64,000 nucleotides of DNA from Patescibacteria group bacterium UBA1396 (GCA_002305195.1 DBQK01000007.1:47676-111675); one strand, 5' to 3'. Positions 1-10,533 are shown, counted from the first letter of the stretch. Notes: generated by a model from the sequence alone, not told the origin. Made by a program: numbers and translations.

Positions 1-122
1 GCCGGTCCCATTGCCATCACGATTTTGTCTGCTCCATACAGCAACTGCATCGCCATGGTTAAAATGTGTTCAGCCGAGTGCCTAATTTTTTGTCTTTGTT
101 CTTTTAATTCTTGGTTATTCAT
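1..122 (-). CDS. thrS: threonyl-tRNA synthetase, N-terminal fragment (gene runs out of the window)
   Basis: ATG at 122-120 preceded by an AAAGGAAAT SD. The translation MNNQELKEQRQKIRHSAEHILTMAMQLLYGADKIVMAMGP resembles the ThrRS RHSxxHxL...K..A.GP (HxxxH) segment. It is absent from the ORF track because it is truncated. Confidence 0.5.
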   Translation of the reverse strand, partial: MNNQELKEQRQKIRHSAEHILTMAMQLLYGADKIVMAMGP

Positions 123-219
123 ATTTCCTTTCGATTAACCTTGTGAGTATCTATAGTTTATTCTTTTTATAACAGGTTTTCACCTGGAATAAGGTTTAAG
201 TAGGGAGAATAGAAAATTA

Positions 220-540
220 CTATTCCCCCACAGTAGTTGTACCAGTGGGGGAATTTAAGTTGGCTTTGTTATCTAGTTGCGTTTCTCTTTGCAAAATAAT
301 ACTAAGCTCTTCTAATGGTATATTGAGGCTGTTTAACCAAGGTTGAATAGCAGTAAGTAATACGCCGGCGATAAGACCAAAAAATACTATTGTGGCTAGA
401 ATTTGACCTAAGCCAAGAGCAAAACCTGCCAGTAAGCTTTTGAAGAACACCTCTTTACCAGATACATCGTAAATACTCTTGCGCTGATCTGGCGCAGGGT
501 TAACTTGACTTTTGGCGGTGCTGTCTAATTTTAATGCCAT
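220..540 (-). CDS. small hypothetical membrane protein
   Basis: ORF 220..588. Its first 16 codons overlap tRNA-Val, so the start was moved to the ATG at 540. Contains a long hydrophobic segment, LLAGFALGLGQILATIVFFGLIAGVLLTAI. Confidence 0.45.
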   Translation of the reverse strand: MALKLDSTAKSQVNPAPDQRKSIYDVSGKEVFFKSLLAGFALGLGQILATIVFFGLIAGVLLTAIQPWLNSLNIPLEELSIILQRETQLDNKANLNSPTGTTTVGE

Positions 541-546
541 ACAGTG

Positions 547-620
547 TGAGTCTGACAGGACTTGAACCTGTGACCTCTTCGATGTCAACGAAGCGCTCTA
601 GCCAACTGAGCTACAGACTC
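547..620 (-). tRNA. tRNA-Val (anticodon GAC)
   Basis: The reverse complement folds as a cloverleaf. Acceptor GAGTCTG/CAGACTC, D arm GCTC-AGTTGGCTA-GAGC, anticodon arm CTTCG-TTGACAT-CGAAG, T arm ACAGG-TTCAAGT-CCTGT. CCA is not encoded. Confidence 0.9.
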
Positions 621-662
621 AAATAAGTGTTAGATACCTAAGAATTGTAACACGGAGAAAAA

Positions 663-1100
663 TTAAGCCGCTTTATTTTTTTGTTTGGCCTCTTGTCGTT
701 GGCGAAATATTTGGGCGGGATTATTATCTCGACGAAAGTAATTTGCTGCTTTTTCAAAAATGGATAATAATGAAATTGAACCTTGAGGAGTCTCAGCTTG
801 AGTTACGGGTCTTCTAGCTCTTCTTTCAGCGGTAGCAGCAGTTGAAGATATCGGAGAACGATTAGATGAGGGAGCTATTTCTACTACCCCTTCAATTTCT
901 GGATGTTGAGCTTGGGGTTCGGTTACAACCATAGTTGGTTGAATGTCTCCAAGTTCCCTCCTAACTCTTTCTAGTTCAAACTTTAGTCTATCTTCATAAT
1001 GAGAAAAAATTTCCCTGGCAACAATACCCAAACCCTCGTTTTCTTGGTTGGGTGTTGCTAATGTTTCTTTTGTAGTGTTATAAATATTCACATTCGCCAT
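663..1100 (-). CDS. hypothetical protein
   Basis: 145-aa ORF with ATG start. No motif recognised. Confidence 0.45.
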   Translation of the reverse strand: MANVNIYNTTKETLATPNQENEGLGIVAREIFSHYEDRLKFELERVRRELGDIQPTMVVTEPQAQHPEIEGVVEIAPSSNRSPISSTAATAERRARRPVTQAETPQGSISLLSIFEKAANYFRRDNNPAQIFRQRQEAKQKNKAA

Positions 1101-1195
1101 TCATCCTCCTGCCAGAGATACCAAATTATACCCGTACAAAAGGGTACAATCAAGATCCTCCTTGGGAGGTAAAGATATTGATTAACTGTATCAGA

Positions 1196-2176
1196 CTACA
1201 AATTAAGCAAATGGTCAAGTGCTTTTTGTTTTAATAAGGTTGCGTGAGCATATTGTGCCTCGCGCGCTTTAAGAGATTCACGTTTTTCCTCTGGAACGTT
1301 AGCAAGTCTTGTTTCCAGCAATTCAACTACCTCAGACTCAGATACTTTAATGTTTTCTTTGGCGATAATAGCGCCAAGTAACAATTCCACCTGAAGTCCA
1401 CCCAATGATCTGGTGGCATAATCTTGTTGTAGCTGCTCCATCGTTTGACCGCTTTTTTGCAAGAAATCTTCCATCGTCATCTTGAGATGTTCAAGTTGAT
1501 GGGCAAAATGATGTAGTTGCTGCTCGGTTTCTCTTCTGAGCAATAATTCTGGAACCGGTACGGCAATTTTCTCTAGTAAAGCCGTTAAAATAACTCTAAT
1601 TTGCTCTTGTTTGATCTGTTCAGGCGAGTCTTCTGGTTTTGTGGTTTGTTTTTCATTTGTTTTATTAGCTGCGTTTTTAGTAGGCTTTTTTGTCCAAAGT
1701 TGATGATTTTTCTTAAGTTTTTTTACTATTTGATCGTAGTTATCTAGTGTGATTTCTGGTTTAACGGCTATCGATACTTCAAGTTCCCAATCCTGATCAT
1801 CCTCCATTTTTATCGGTTTGATGGCCGGTTCAGTTAGTGGGAACAATTTATGTTCTTGTAAATATTTTTGATAAGCCTCAGGCAAGATAGTTTGCAGGGT
1901 GTTTTCGACGATATATTGTTGTCCGACTGCCTTGATAACTAGTGCTTCCGGAACCTGACCCTGTCGAAATCCGTCGCGCTTAAGTTGTTGCCTTGCTTTA
2001 TTAATGGCAATTTTTTTGCCTTTTTTAACATCAGACCACTTAATTGTTAAGTTAAAAACGGTGTTGTCTCCAATTAAGGGAAAACCTTTTTTAGAAGTTG
2101 ATTTAGCTTTATTGTCCGATTTGGTAGACTTTTTTGTTGAAGTATTTTTGGTTGATTTGGTTGTGTTTTTTGCCAT
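1196..2176 (-). CDS. tig: trigger factor, short form without an apparent PPIase domain
   Basis: Carries the ribosome-binding signature GFRQGQVP in the N-domain and a C-terminal helical arm domain. Has a Lys/Ser/Thr-rich N-terminal extension (MAKNTTKSTKNTSTKKSTKSDNKAKSTSKK). At 326 aa total there is no room for the FKBP domain. Confidence 0.75.
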   Translation of the reverse strand: MAKNTTKSTKNTSTKKSTKSDNKAKSTSKKGFPLIGDNTVFNLTIKWSDVKKGKKIAINKARQQLKRDGFRQGQVPEALVIKAVGQQYIVENTLQTILPEAYQKYLQEHKLFPLTEPAIKPIKMEDDQDWELEVSIAVKPEITLDNYDQIVKKLKKNHQLWTKKPTKNAANKTNEKQTTKPEDSPEQIKQEQIRVILTALLEKIAVPVPELLLRRETEQQLHHFAHQLEHLKMTMEDFLQKSGQTMEQLQQDYATRSLGGLQVELLLGAIIAKENIKVSESEVVELLETRLANVPEEKRESLKAREAQYAHATLLKQKALDHLLNL

Positions 2177-2232
2177 GCGGGCAGTATATCATACTGCTCA
2201 GATTGAATACTTATCAGAAAATTAAAAATGGT

Positions 2233-2703
2233 CTAACTGACTTTTATGACGTTATAAACAACATCACCAGCTGGAGCTTGAATAACAGCCTTTTCACCAG
2301 CTTTTTTTCCAAGCAATGCTTGTCCAATCGGTGATTTTTCTGAAATTTTCTTTTGAACCGGGTCAGCTTCCCACTCACTCACTAAAGAAAAAGTTTGTTT
2401 TTTTGCCTGACCATCGATGGTTATTTCCACTTCGGATCCCAATTGAACTTTTTGGCTTTTGCTCCTTTTAATGATTTTGGCGTTTTGAACTAATGATTGT
2501 AACTCATCACGTTTGGCTTCAAGCATGGCCAACTCTTCTCTGGCAGCGTGATACTCACTATTTTCTCTGAGATCACCTTGTGACCTAGCTACCGAAACCC
2601 GCTGGATAGCTGTTGGTATCTTATTTTCAGTTAATTCAAATAACTCTGCCTCCAAAGCATCATAGCCCTGTTGAGTTAGTTTTACTTGATGGTTGTCTGA
2701 CAT
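2233..2703 (-). CDS. greA: transcription elongation factor GreA
   Basis: 156 aa. Coiled-coil N-terminal region with ...ARSQGDLRENSEYHAAREE... and a C-terminal GreA/B globular domain. Confidence 0.9.
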   Translation of the reverse strand: MSDNHQVKLTQQGYDALEAELFELTENKIPTAIQRVSVARSQGDLRENSEYHAAREELAMLEAKRDELQSLVQNAKIIKRSKSQKVQLGSEVEITIDGQAKKQTFSLVSEWEADPVQKKISEKSPIGQALLGKKAGEKAVIQAPAGDVVYNVIKVS

Positions 2704-2820
2704 ATTTTCCTTCCCCTGCTTTTCAGCAAGTTCGAGTATTCTATGGAGTTGAGAGGTTTTTGTCCATAGCAGTTTAAAAATTTATATAGGTTATGAAAAT
2801 ATATCTATATATAAATGAAA

Positions 2821-3933
2821 TTAATTAGCACTTTCATCTATAACTATTCTTTCAGGAGTAGCGACAACCAGTAAGCGCTTGCTAGTAGTACCTGGTGGCC
2901 AACAAGTTTGTAAAATAAGCATTTCTTTTTCAGTTTGCGGCTGGATTATTCGGGTGTCATCAGCTGCAACAACCATTGTCTCTTTAACATAGTAGGTATA
3001 GCTTTCTCCCCAAAAAGTAAGATTAATTTCTTGTCCAGGCTTAATATCTTTGAGTGCGTAAAATTGAGCGTTATATCTAAGAATGTTCCAGGGAGAGTCG
3101 GTTGAATGAGCAAATAAATAAATTGTTTTATTTTCTGCTAATTGGTCAGGTAAGCCACTACCCTTAGCGTGAGCAATACCCTTTTTAAGCGCCTGTGTGT
3201 AGTCTTTTTCTGATCCGGCATCAACATTAGGTACAACTAGACTATTGATATCTAAATCTGGGATATTGATTGAAAATACATCTTCTTCAGACATAATTTT
3301 TGGTTCCGGGGTGGATTCTATTTTACCGATAATTTCCAGCATCTGATTTTTAGTGCTAGGTTTAGCCTGCAAACTTGGTTTTAATTGCTCCCAGGCTTGC
3401 GAGATAATCGGCCGCGACTCTAAGATCAAAATAGGTGCAAAAAACAATAATAGTAAGGCAACCGATGCTCCGATCAGTGTATTGCTTAAAGTAGCGTTAA
3501 TCTTTGGCTGAGCTAGCAGAGCCAAGATCTTGTTAGCAAAGCTGGCGATTTGTTGTTTTGAGTTGTCAACCAACTGCAGTAAGTTGTTAGTTATTTGCTG
3601 GCTGATTTGGCTTACGTTGAGCTTAAATTGTTTATCTAATACATCAGCTGGTTTCTCAGTAATAACTTCAATAGGAGTGCTCTTAATTGGCTGAGTGAGG
3701 GCGATTTTTTGATGGTTGACTTCTTGCTTGGAAACTAACTGCTGCTTCTGTCTTTGTAACCCAAGGTCAACAATTAAAATCGGCTGTCTAGCAACTTTCC
3801 ATTTCTGGTAAGCATCCGAAAGTTTTATCTCGCCACGGATAATATGTGACCGATTGTCCACTGCCCCAGTAGCTGGTAGTCCGGCATCCAGAATGGTCAT
3901 TTTAGCTTTATTAGGGTTTAAGACGGAGGCCAA
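2821..3933 (-). CDS. sortase family transpeptidase (membrane-anchored)
   Basis: Catalytic triad context YLFAHST (His), LILQTCWP (TLxTC-type Cys) and KRLLVVATP (Arg). TM helix [20 protein letters not shown]. The track start at 3933 is TTG and overlaps the upstream gene. The ATG at 3900 is the more likely start. Confidence 0.8.
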   Translation of the reverse strand: MASVLNPNKAKMTILDAGLPATGAVDNRSHIIRGEIKLSDAYQKWKVARQPILIVDLGLQRQKQQLVSKQEVNHQKIALTQPIKSTPIEVITEKPADVLDKQFKLNVSQISQQITNNLLQLVDNSKQQIASFANKILALLAQPKINATLSNTLIGASVALLLLFFAPILILESRPIISQAWEQLKPSLQAKPSTKNQMLEIIGKIESTPEPKIMSEEDVFSINIPDLDINSLVVPNVDAGSEKDYTQALKKGIAHAKGSGLPDQLAENKTIYLFAHSTDSPWNILRYNAQFYALKDIKPGQEINLTFWGESYTYYVKETMVVAADDTRIIQPQTEKEMLILQTCWPPGTTSKRLLVVATPERIVIDESAN

Positions 3934-6037
3934 TTAGTCGAATCGATAAACCAGTTAGACCCATTAAACTAGCCAGACTAATTCCAACTTGCAGGGGCGA
4001 ACCAGTTTCTGGTAATTCTGTTGGAACCTCACCTTTTTTGGTCACTGGCTTCTCGCGTCGATTGCCAAACACAACCAGCTTAATTTTGTTTTCATCGACA
4101 GTAATGGTTTTTTCGGTGTCGGTAGTGGCGGTCCAACCGCTCTTGGTCTTTTCTCTAATGCGAACCACATCACCTTCTTCTAAGCCTCCAACTTCACCAC
4201 CTCGGCCGTCTTTCTCCTCATAGGTAATGTAATCTCGCCAGTCGTCATCATGATTGAGATCCCATTCAAATTCCCAGTCAAGACCTGGTTCTTCCTCATC
4301 GCGATAACCGTCGCCATCGTGGTCGTCGAATTTAGCTATCACAAAGCCACCGCGCTCTTCTTCTTCAAAGCGGTAATGATCGGTACAATTATCAGCTACA
4401 TTTGTTTCGGAGGCGCAGTTACCGTTCTCACAGGGAATACAGCGGATATCAAAGTACTCGCTGATCTCAATTTCCGGAGAGACATTGCTTGAACTAGAGG
4501 CTAAAACCGAGTAGTTATCACCTTTGCTGCGTCGATACTCAAAGGTGTAACTGTTTATTCCGTTATAAGCGGTACAAACAAAGCTAACTTTTTCATTTTC
4601 TTTTACCTTTTGATCATCTTTTGGCTCGATATCTTCACAGTAAGGAGCCTTTGGCGTTGGACTAGGACTGGGGCTAGCTTTTGGTGTTGGACTCGGGCTT
4701 GCCTTAGGTGTTGGTGAAGGACTTGGAGATGGCGAAGCCTTTGGTGTGGGTGAAGGCGAGGGGCTCGGTGAAGGTGATGGAGATGGAGACGGGCTAGGAC
4801 TCACTTTAGGCGTTGGGCTGGGACTCACCTTGGGAGTGGGCGAGGGGCTCGGTGAAGGTGATACTTTTGGCGTTGGACTAGGACTGGGGCTTGGGCTAGG
4901 ACTTGCCTTAGGTGTGGGTGAAGGACTTGGAGATGGTGTTGGGCTGGGAAGTGGTTGTTGTACTTTTGCTTTGAAATAAGCAACCAATTTGAAATCCCAG
5001 CAACCTTCAACTTCGCCATTACGGCCAACAGTTATACCATCTGGAGTAATAATGTTATCTGACTGTGGTTGATTGATATCATAACAACCAAACAAGCTTG
5101 GACAACCGTGAATTCTAACAGTACCTGGAACGAACTCAAGTGAAAAAGCGGTTTCATCAGTTAGTTCAACATTACCGGTCACTGGATCAGCATTATCGGC
5201 ATCAATAAAGCCGGTTATGGTGTGCTGGGTTAGTGTTTCTGTTGGCCAATCAAGAATTCCAACATTAGTGTTCAGAGACTTTGTTCCTCTGGGGTTGTTA
5301 TGAATTACTAGCTTGAACTCAACTTCATCGTTAGGAGAAAGACCATTGATTGATTCACGAAAATCGGTTTCACCCAAGCGTCTGATTTCCAAGGTTGGTT
5401 CGTCGGTTGAGTGAGCGTTAAAGATAGCTTTATTGCCATCAACAACCTCTAATTCGTATTTAACGGTATATTGATGGTTGGCGCCTGACTCGGTTTGTCC
5501 GCCAATAATATTTTCCCAATGAAAGCCAATTTCCGGATCCTTACTTACAGAAAATAATTTGCTTTCAGCTGCGTAATTATCGGGAATTGATTCAACTACC
5601 CAATCGCCACTTACATTGGTAAGAGCTTTGGTTGAACCCCGCTTATAGCTCAAGCTAAGATTATCTGCAAGCTCAAAAGTAGCTTGATTGCCACTGCCAA
5701 GATTGCCTTTATTGTCTGGATTAACCCAGGCAAGCACTCCATCATGGGCGAAGGCTCCGTAGTATTGCAGACTATCAATGGTTCTGCCCTCGTCTGTGTA
5801 GGTAGCTACTAAGTAAACGTGGATGGTATCTCCAACCTTCAGATTATCTAAGTGACCAGAAGTTGGGCCATCGATGGTGTTAACTCTTAATTGAGTACCA
5901 TAAACCAGGCCCTCAACAGGATCTGCTTTGGAGCTAAATTGCAGCCAACCAACAGAGGCAAAACCACCCAAAATAAACAGTGAAAATAAAATAGCGAGTA
6001 AGTTTTTGCTGGTTAATTTCGCAATTTTTTTAAACAT
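3911..6037 (-). CDS. LPXTG-anchored surface protein with a Pro/Ser/Thr repeat stalk and an SdrD-B/Cna-B-like domain
   Basis: N-terminal signal peptide ([17 protein letters not shown]). C-terminal sorting signal LPETG plus hydrophobic helix plus RLIGLRLKP. Acidic [15 protein letters not shown] module. AGGAG SD before the ATG at 6037. Confidence 0.85.
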   Translation of the reverse strand: MFKKIAKLTSKNLLAILFSLFILGGFASVGWLQFSSKADPVEGLVYGTQLRVNTIDGPTSGHLDNLKVGDTIHVYLVATYTDEGRTIDSLQYYGAFAHDGVLAWVNPDNKGNLGSGNQATFELADNLSLSYKRGSTKALTNVSGDWVVESIPDNYAAESKLFSVSKDPEIGFHWENIIGGQTESGANHQYTVKYELEVVDGNKAIFNAHSTDEPTLEIRRLGETDFRESINGLSPNDEVEFKLVIHNNPRGTKSLNTNVGILDWPTETLTQHTITGFIDADNADPVTGNVELTDETAFSLEFVPGTVRIHGCPSLFGCYDINQPQSDNIITPDGITVGRNGEVEGCWDFKLVAYFKAKVQQPLPSPTPSPSPSPTPKASPSPSPSPSPTPKVSPSPSPSPTPKVSPSPTPKVSPSPSPSPSPSPSPSPSPTPKASPSPSPSPTPKASPSPTPKASPSPSPTPKAPYCEDIEPKDDQKVKENEKVSFVCTAYNGINSYTFEYRRSKGDNYSVLASSSSNVSPEIEISEYFDIRCIPCENGNCASETNVADNCTDHYRFEEEERGGFVIAKFDDHDGDGYRDEEEPGLDWEFEWDLNHDDDWRDYITYEEKDGRGGEVGGLEEGDVVRIREKTKSGWTATTDTEKTITVDENKIKLVVFGNRREKPVTKKGEVPTELPETGSPLQVGISLASLMGLTGLSIRLIGLRLKP
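4647..4950 (-). repeat. tandem coding repeat, units PSPSP(S)TPK[A/V]S
   Basis: About 300 nt of imperfect short tandem repeats visible in the DNA (ggactnggnctnggn...ttnggngt). They encode the [18 protein letters not shown] stalk of the LPETG protein. Confidence 0.8.
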
Positions 6038-6055
6038 AGTTAATTTTGTCTCCTA

Positions 6056-7966
6056 TTAGCTCCTGTTATTGTTCCAGACTGAGAGGTTGTTTTCCCATAC
6101 TCTTGATGATTTTGGTATTTTTGTACCAGTAATTTTAGGATTAATAGCTATTCCACCCGGTGCTTCGTCTGTTTGTTCATCTGATTGTTGGGTTGGTTGT
6201 ATTGTAGGTTGTTCATTAGTAATGTCAGTAGGAACAGGTTCTTCATCAGGTCCTGCTACTTTTTCTGGTGTATTGGTTGGTGTTGCTGGTGGATGATATT
6301 CTTCTGTAGGCATTTGTTGGACTGGTGGAACAGATGGTGGAACGATTACTGGTGCTTGAGTTTTTACTATTGGTTGAGCTGGACCACACGGTCGTAAAGG
6401 ATTATCTACACTGCCTTTTTCTGGATTATGGACTCCATTATTAACCATGCCCAATTCATATGTCCCGGAGATTCCGGTTACTGTTCTTTTTGGAGATGGT
6501 GATGTGATAAATTCAGCTGTGCTAACATTAGCTATGGCAGCTCTTCTTTCTGCATCGCTCATATTTGGCCAATCAGCGGTTAGCTTATTAATATTAACAA
6601 CAAAAATAAATGATGCCGGATCATCCAGTGCAATTTCACGATGACGCTGTTCATCACCAGTGACTTTTACAAAGGGAACCTCAACCAGGGTTGGTTGCTG
6701 CTCAGAACGCGAATCGTCATAACTTGGTGCCAAATCAAATCTACAGGTTCTTCCTGGTCTCATAAGAGGTTGTGAGGCAATTTGCAAATTTCCATTTTCG
6801 TCAATAACATAATATGGCACATAACCGTCAATACTAGATAAAAATCTCAATAAAAGATTATTTCTGATGATAGCAGCTTCATACAGTGCTTTTTCCAGGC
6901 TCATTTGAGGGTCAAGCTTCATCAGAACTCCTGCAATTGTGGTATCCATACCAACTTGCAGTCCGTTAAAACCTTCGCCGTGAACAACAGATCTGTGTAG
7001 TCCATCGTCGCCCGGTACTATTAATTTGGTGGGATCTAAATTCTTTTTGTTTAAAACAGTTTCTGACTGACCTTGTATAGATATTTCATCAAGGTGACCT
7101 TGGAAATAGGTGTTAGCAGCTTCGAGTGCTTCCGGATCAGTATGTTCAAAACCAAGCCCGAGCGAGTCAAAGTCACTATCTACTCTTTCAGGGTTGTCCC
7201 AACCCAGTTTTACTCCTCCATCAGGTGTTTTCAAAAAAATTTGAATTAGTCTATTTTGTTCAAATACTTCTTTAATTTTTTCTTCGGGAAGAAGGGATAT
7301 TGCTTTTAGATTTTCTCGTACAAACTTTACTACTCCCTTATGGAACGCTATTGAGGTGTTGTTTAGATATGGAGATTCATCTTTATTTTCAGTTGCGTTT
7401 TTAAAGATTTCTATTTGAGTAATATCTTTAATTTCGGCCGTAGGAGTTGGAGTCGAAGTCGCCTCAATTGTTGGAGTTGCTGTGGCACTAGGTGTCTCGG
7501 TAGGAGTTGATGTTGCTGACGGAATTAAACTTGGAGTCTGGCTTGGAGTTTGAGATGGGGTTGGAGTTGATTCAATAGTCTCGAAATCCCCATTTCCTTC
7601 ATCAATATCTAACACGTCAGTTTCAGTATCTCCAGCCAAAATTGCTTGTGTAACGGTTGGTGTTAATGCTTCAGCTAGTCGGCGACCCTCTTCCGAGGAG
7701 GTTGAAAGTTGATCTTTAGCTATGTAACCCGCAATGAGTCCTACAACCAAAAGGGCAAGGTTTTTACCGTATTGCTTGACTAATTCCTTTAAGTTAGGAT
7801 TTCTATCAACTGGGATAAGTGGGATAGATGGTATTTGGGGAGAAATATCACGAGGTTGACTTTTTTCACTAGAAGTGTGGACTTCAACTTTTTGATCAGT
7901 ACCCCCACCCTCTAAATGTGATAGATAATCTGTATTTGGTGTATGTTCAGAATCAGGACTACTCAT
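6056..7966 (-). CDS. hypothetical membrane-anchored exported protein with Thr/Pro/Ser linker and Pro-rich C-terminus
   Basis: 636-aa ORF with one TM (NLALLVVGLIAGYIA), a TPTPSQTPSQTPSLIPSATSTPTETPSATATPT linker and a C-terminal PVIVPPSVPPVQQMP region. It sits directly upstream of the LPETG protein and sortase. Confidence 0.6.
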   Translation of the reverse strand: MSSPDSEHTPNTDYLSHLEGGGTDQKVEVHTSSEKSQPRDISPQIPSIPLIPVDRNPNLKELVKQYGKNLALLVVGLIAGYIAKDQLSTSSEEGRRLAEALTPTVTQAILAGDTETDVLDIDEGNGDFETIESTPTPSQTPSQTPSLIPSATSTPTETPSATATPTIEATSTPTPTAEIKDITQIEIFKNATENKDESPYLNNTSIAFHKGVVKFVRENLKAISLLPEEKIKEVFEQNRLIQIFLKTPDGGVKLGWDNPERVDSDFDSLGLGFEHTDPEALEAANTYFQGHLDEISIQGQSETVLNKKNLDPTKLIVPGDDGLHRSVVHGEGFNGLQVGMDTTIAGVLMKLDPQMSLEKALYEAAIIRNNLLLRFLSSIDGYVPYYVIDENGNLQIASQPLMRPGRTCRFDLAPSYDDSRSEQQPTLVEVPFVKVTGDEQRHREIALDDPASFIFVVNINKLTADWPNMSDAERRAAIANVSTAEFITSPSPKRTVTGISGTYELGMVNNGVHNPEKGSVDNPLRPCGPAQPIVKTQAPVIVPPSVPPVQQMPTEEYHPPATPTNTPEKVAGPDEEPVPTDITNEQPTIQPTQQSDEQTDEAPGGIAINPKITGTKIPKSSRVWENNLSVWNNNRS

Positions 7967-8071
7967 TACCCCCGATTTTATAGAAAATTATAAAAATGTC
8001 AAACAGCTACTTGCCGTTTTTTACTGTAACAAAAAGTAAAAAAGCAATTGTTGTGTTCGTAATTAATAGAA

Positions 8072-9013
8072 TTATCGGTTTTTTCTTTGTTCTAAATCAT
8101 AATATACCGATACAGCAATGAACGGACTTGAATACGTGCCGCAAATAGTTCCAACCAATAATGCCACTGCAAACCATAGCAAACTAGATCCACCCAAGAG
8201 AATTAAGGCCACCAGCATAAAAGCAATAGTTAGTGAGTTATTTATTGATCTAATAATGGTTTGAGTAACAGCGGTGTTAATTAAATCTTTCAAGTTAATA
8301 TATCTAGCCTGGGTGTGTTGAAGTTCTCTGACTCTGTCAAACATAACGATGGTGTCGTGAACAGAAAAAGAAAGAGTGGTTAATAGGGCGGTCACAAATA
8401 GTAAATCAACTTGTGTACCGAACCATCTGCCAAACCAAGTAAATAACCCGGCTAAAATAACGGCATCATGAAGCATGGCACTGGTGGCAGCAATGCCGAA
8501 CCGCCAGTTTTTAAATTGCCACCAAACATAAAGCAAAATAATTCCCACTCCCAATAAGCCAGCAATGAGAGTTTTCTGCAGGATTTCTTGGCTTAGAGCC
8601 GGTCCAACCGACTGGAACCTAATCTCACTAATTTCATAACCAAGTAATTTCTCTCGTAAGCTAGCTAGAAACTGATTTTTTTGTTCTTCAGTAATTTCTG
8701 AAAGAGACAATCGCCATTTAGTATTGGTGGATGCATTAGCATTATCGGTATTAATATTTGTTGCTTCACTTTGTAAAATCTCAATTTCTTGCTGGGACAA
8801 AATATCTCTTATAGTGCCGTCGATCTGCTCAGCGTTAAGACTCTCGCCTTCTGCCTGCGCGAAATCAAGCAGTACCATTTCCAGTTCAAGTTCTGATCCG
8901 CCACTGAATTCAAGCGATAATTTAAAGCCGTTTAGAATAATTCCTAGAAAACTAAAGCTAATTATTAAAAGTGAAAATATGTAATAAAGATATCGTTTTC
9001 CAAGCCAATTCAT
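8072..9013 (-). CDS. secF: protein translocase subunit SecF
   Basis: LSLEFSGGSELE and SFSVHDTIVMFDRVRE motifs with a six-TM pattern. AAAGGAA SD. Confidence 0.9.
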   Translation of the reverse strand: MNWLGKRYLYYIFSLLIISFSFLGIILNGFKLSLEFSGGSELELEMVLLDFAQAEGESLNAEQIDGTIRDILSQQEIEILQSEATNINTDNANASTNTKWRLSLSEITEEQKNQFLASLREKLLGYEISEIRFQSVGPALSQEILQKTLIAGLLGVGIILLYVWWQFKNWRFGIAATSAMLHDAVILAGLFTWFGRWFGTQVDLLFVTALLTTLSFSVHDTIVMFDRVRELQHTQARYINLKDLINTAVTQTIIRSINNSLTIAFMLVALILLGGSSLLWFAVALLVGTICGTYSSPFIAVSVYYDLEQRKNR

Positions 9014-9029
9014 AAATTCCTTTTTGTGA

Positions 9030-10529
9030 TTACTTCGATTTCGAAGCTGCTTGTGTTTTTTGCCAAAATAATTGTAATAGGAGTCTGGAATAAAAAACGC
9101 CGGTGAATAAGCTTAAAATTACTCCGACCGCTAGGGTTAAAGCAAAGCCCCTGATAGGTCCACTTGTATTCAGCCAGCCCCAATTTAGAGGATTAAATAA
9201 AATAAAGCAAATTGCCAAAGTGGCCAGGTTGGCATCTTTAATCGCTGTCCAAGATTGTTCGTACCCACGTTTTAATGCAATTGATTTATTTTGACCGTGG
9301 CGCAGCTCGTCTTTAATTCTTTCAAAAGATAAAATATTGGCATCTACAGCCATACCAATAGATAACATTAGGCCAGCAATTCCTGGAAGAGTTACCGTAA
9401 CCGGTAGCAATTTATAAATGGTGATAGTTAAAATTCCGTAGGCTATCAACCCAATTACGGCCGCCACACCCATCCAACCATAAATGGTAATCATAAAGAT
9501 GGCCACAAAAGCCAGGCCAATAATTCCTGCCCTGAGACTTAAATCTAAAGATTCCTGTCCAAGTGAAGGCCCGATAGTATTTTGTTGTAAAACCTTGATA
9601 GATACCGGCAATGCTCCCGCATTTAGTTGGGCAGCCAATGTTTTAGCTTCCTCAATTTGAAAATCTCCTTGAATACTGGCTTGACCGCCATAAATAGCCT
9701 CATTAACTACGGGCAGGGTTAGCGGCATATTATCCAAAAAGATTCCTAGTGGTTGTCCGATGTTATTAGCTGTTAAGTCGGCGAATTTTTCAGCACCTTC
9801 GGTCGAAAATTGTAAAGCTACTACCGGCTGTCCAGTAGTTTGGTCAAACTGAACATCGGCTCGTTGCAACAGTTCGCCGGTTAAATCTGTTGGTTGAAAA
9901 TCAGAGAGAATTGCTAAAGCTGAAGGAGTTGCTTCGTCATTTTCCTCAGCCTGGGGTTGATATTCTCTAAATTGGAGCTGTGCAGTTTGACCGATTAATT
10001 GTAAAGCGGCCTCGGGCTGATCTAATCCAGGCAGTTCGATTAAAATGCGATACTGATCCTGCCAAACAGCGGTTCTGAGCTGAGGTTCGGCAATACCAAA
10101 AAGATCAATACGGCGCCGTAAAATTTCTTTTGCTGACTCTAAAGCCGTGACCCGCTGATCTTCAGGAATACTGGTCATATCGGCGGCTAAGGTAACTTGT
10201 GTCCCGCCCACAATATCAAGACCTTTTTTTAACTCAAGGTTGTTGGTCAGAGGGATACCATAGGAGTTCAAATCAAAAGTAACCTTGTACAAAGTCAATT
10301 TGGTTGGTAGTTGGTTAGTAACTTCTAAACTAAAGGGACTGGTAAGTGCTTTTCCTACAGCCTGAACCGGTATAGTGAGTGTATTTGGCAAAGCAAACCA
10401 AGTTGCCAGGATGATAAAGAAAGTACTAACAACAAATTTATTAAAAACGGGGTGTCTTAGAGAATAAGATAATTTAAATTTTAACCAACTAACTAGGCGA
10501 CGCCACCCTTTCATTATGGACATTTTCAA
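9030..10529 (-). CDS. secD: protein translocase subunit SecD
   Basis: GLDIVGGTQVTL and SIGMAVDANILSFERIKDE motifs. The track start is TTG. The ATG at 10523 with an AAGAGG SD is more likely. Confidence 0.9.
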   Translation of the reverse strand: MKMSIMKGWRRLVSWLKFKLSYSLRHPVFNKFVVSTFFIILATWFALPNTLTIPVQAVGKALTSPFSLEVTNQLPTKLTLYKVTFDLNSYGIPLTNNLELKKGLDIVGGTQVTLAADMTSIPEDQRVTALESAKEILRRRIDLFGIAEPQLRTAVWQDQYRILIELPGLDQPEAALQLIGQTAQLQFREYQPQAEENDEATPSALAILSDFQPTDLTGELLQRADVQFDQTTGQPVVALQFSTEGAEKFADLTANNIGQPLGIFLDNMPLTLPVVNEAIYGGQASIQGDFQIEEAKTLAAQLNAGALPVSIKVLQQNTIGPSLGQESLDLSLRAGIIGLAFVAIFMITIYGWMGVAAVIGLIAYGILTITIYKLLPVTVTLPGIAGLMLSIGMAVDANILSFERIKDELRHGQNKSIALKRGYEQSWTAIKDANLATLAICFILFNPLNWGWLNTSGPIRGFALTLAVGVILSLFTGVFYSRLLLQLFWQKTQAASKSK

Positions 10530-10533
10530 CCTC

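Noticed and set aside
541-588. First 16 codons of ORF 220..588
   Set aside because: They overlap a well-formed tRNA-Val on the same strand. An internal ATG at 540 lies just past the tRNA 3' end.
4746-5028. ORFs 4746..4979 (+) and 4825..5028 (-) with GEGxGLG / low-complexity translations
   Set aside because: They are alternative-frame or antisense readings of the PSPSPTPK tandem repeat inside the LPETG protein gene. This also rules out a CRISPR-like array, because the units are contiguous, have no spacers and are coding.
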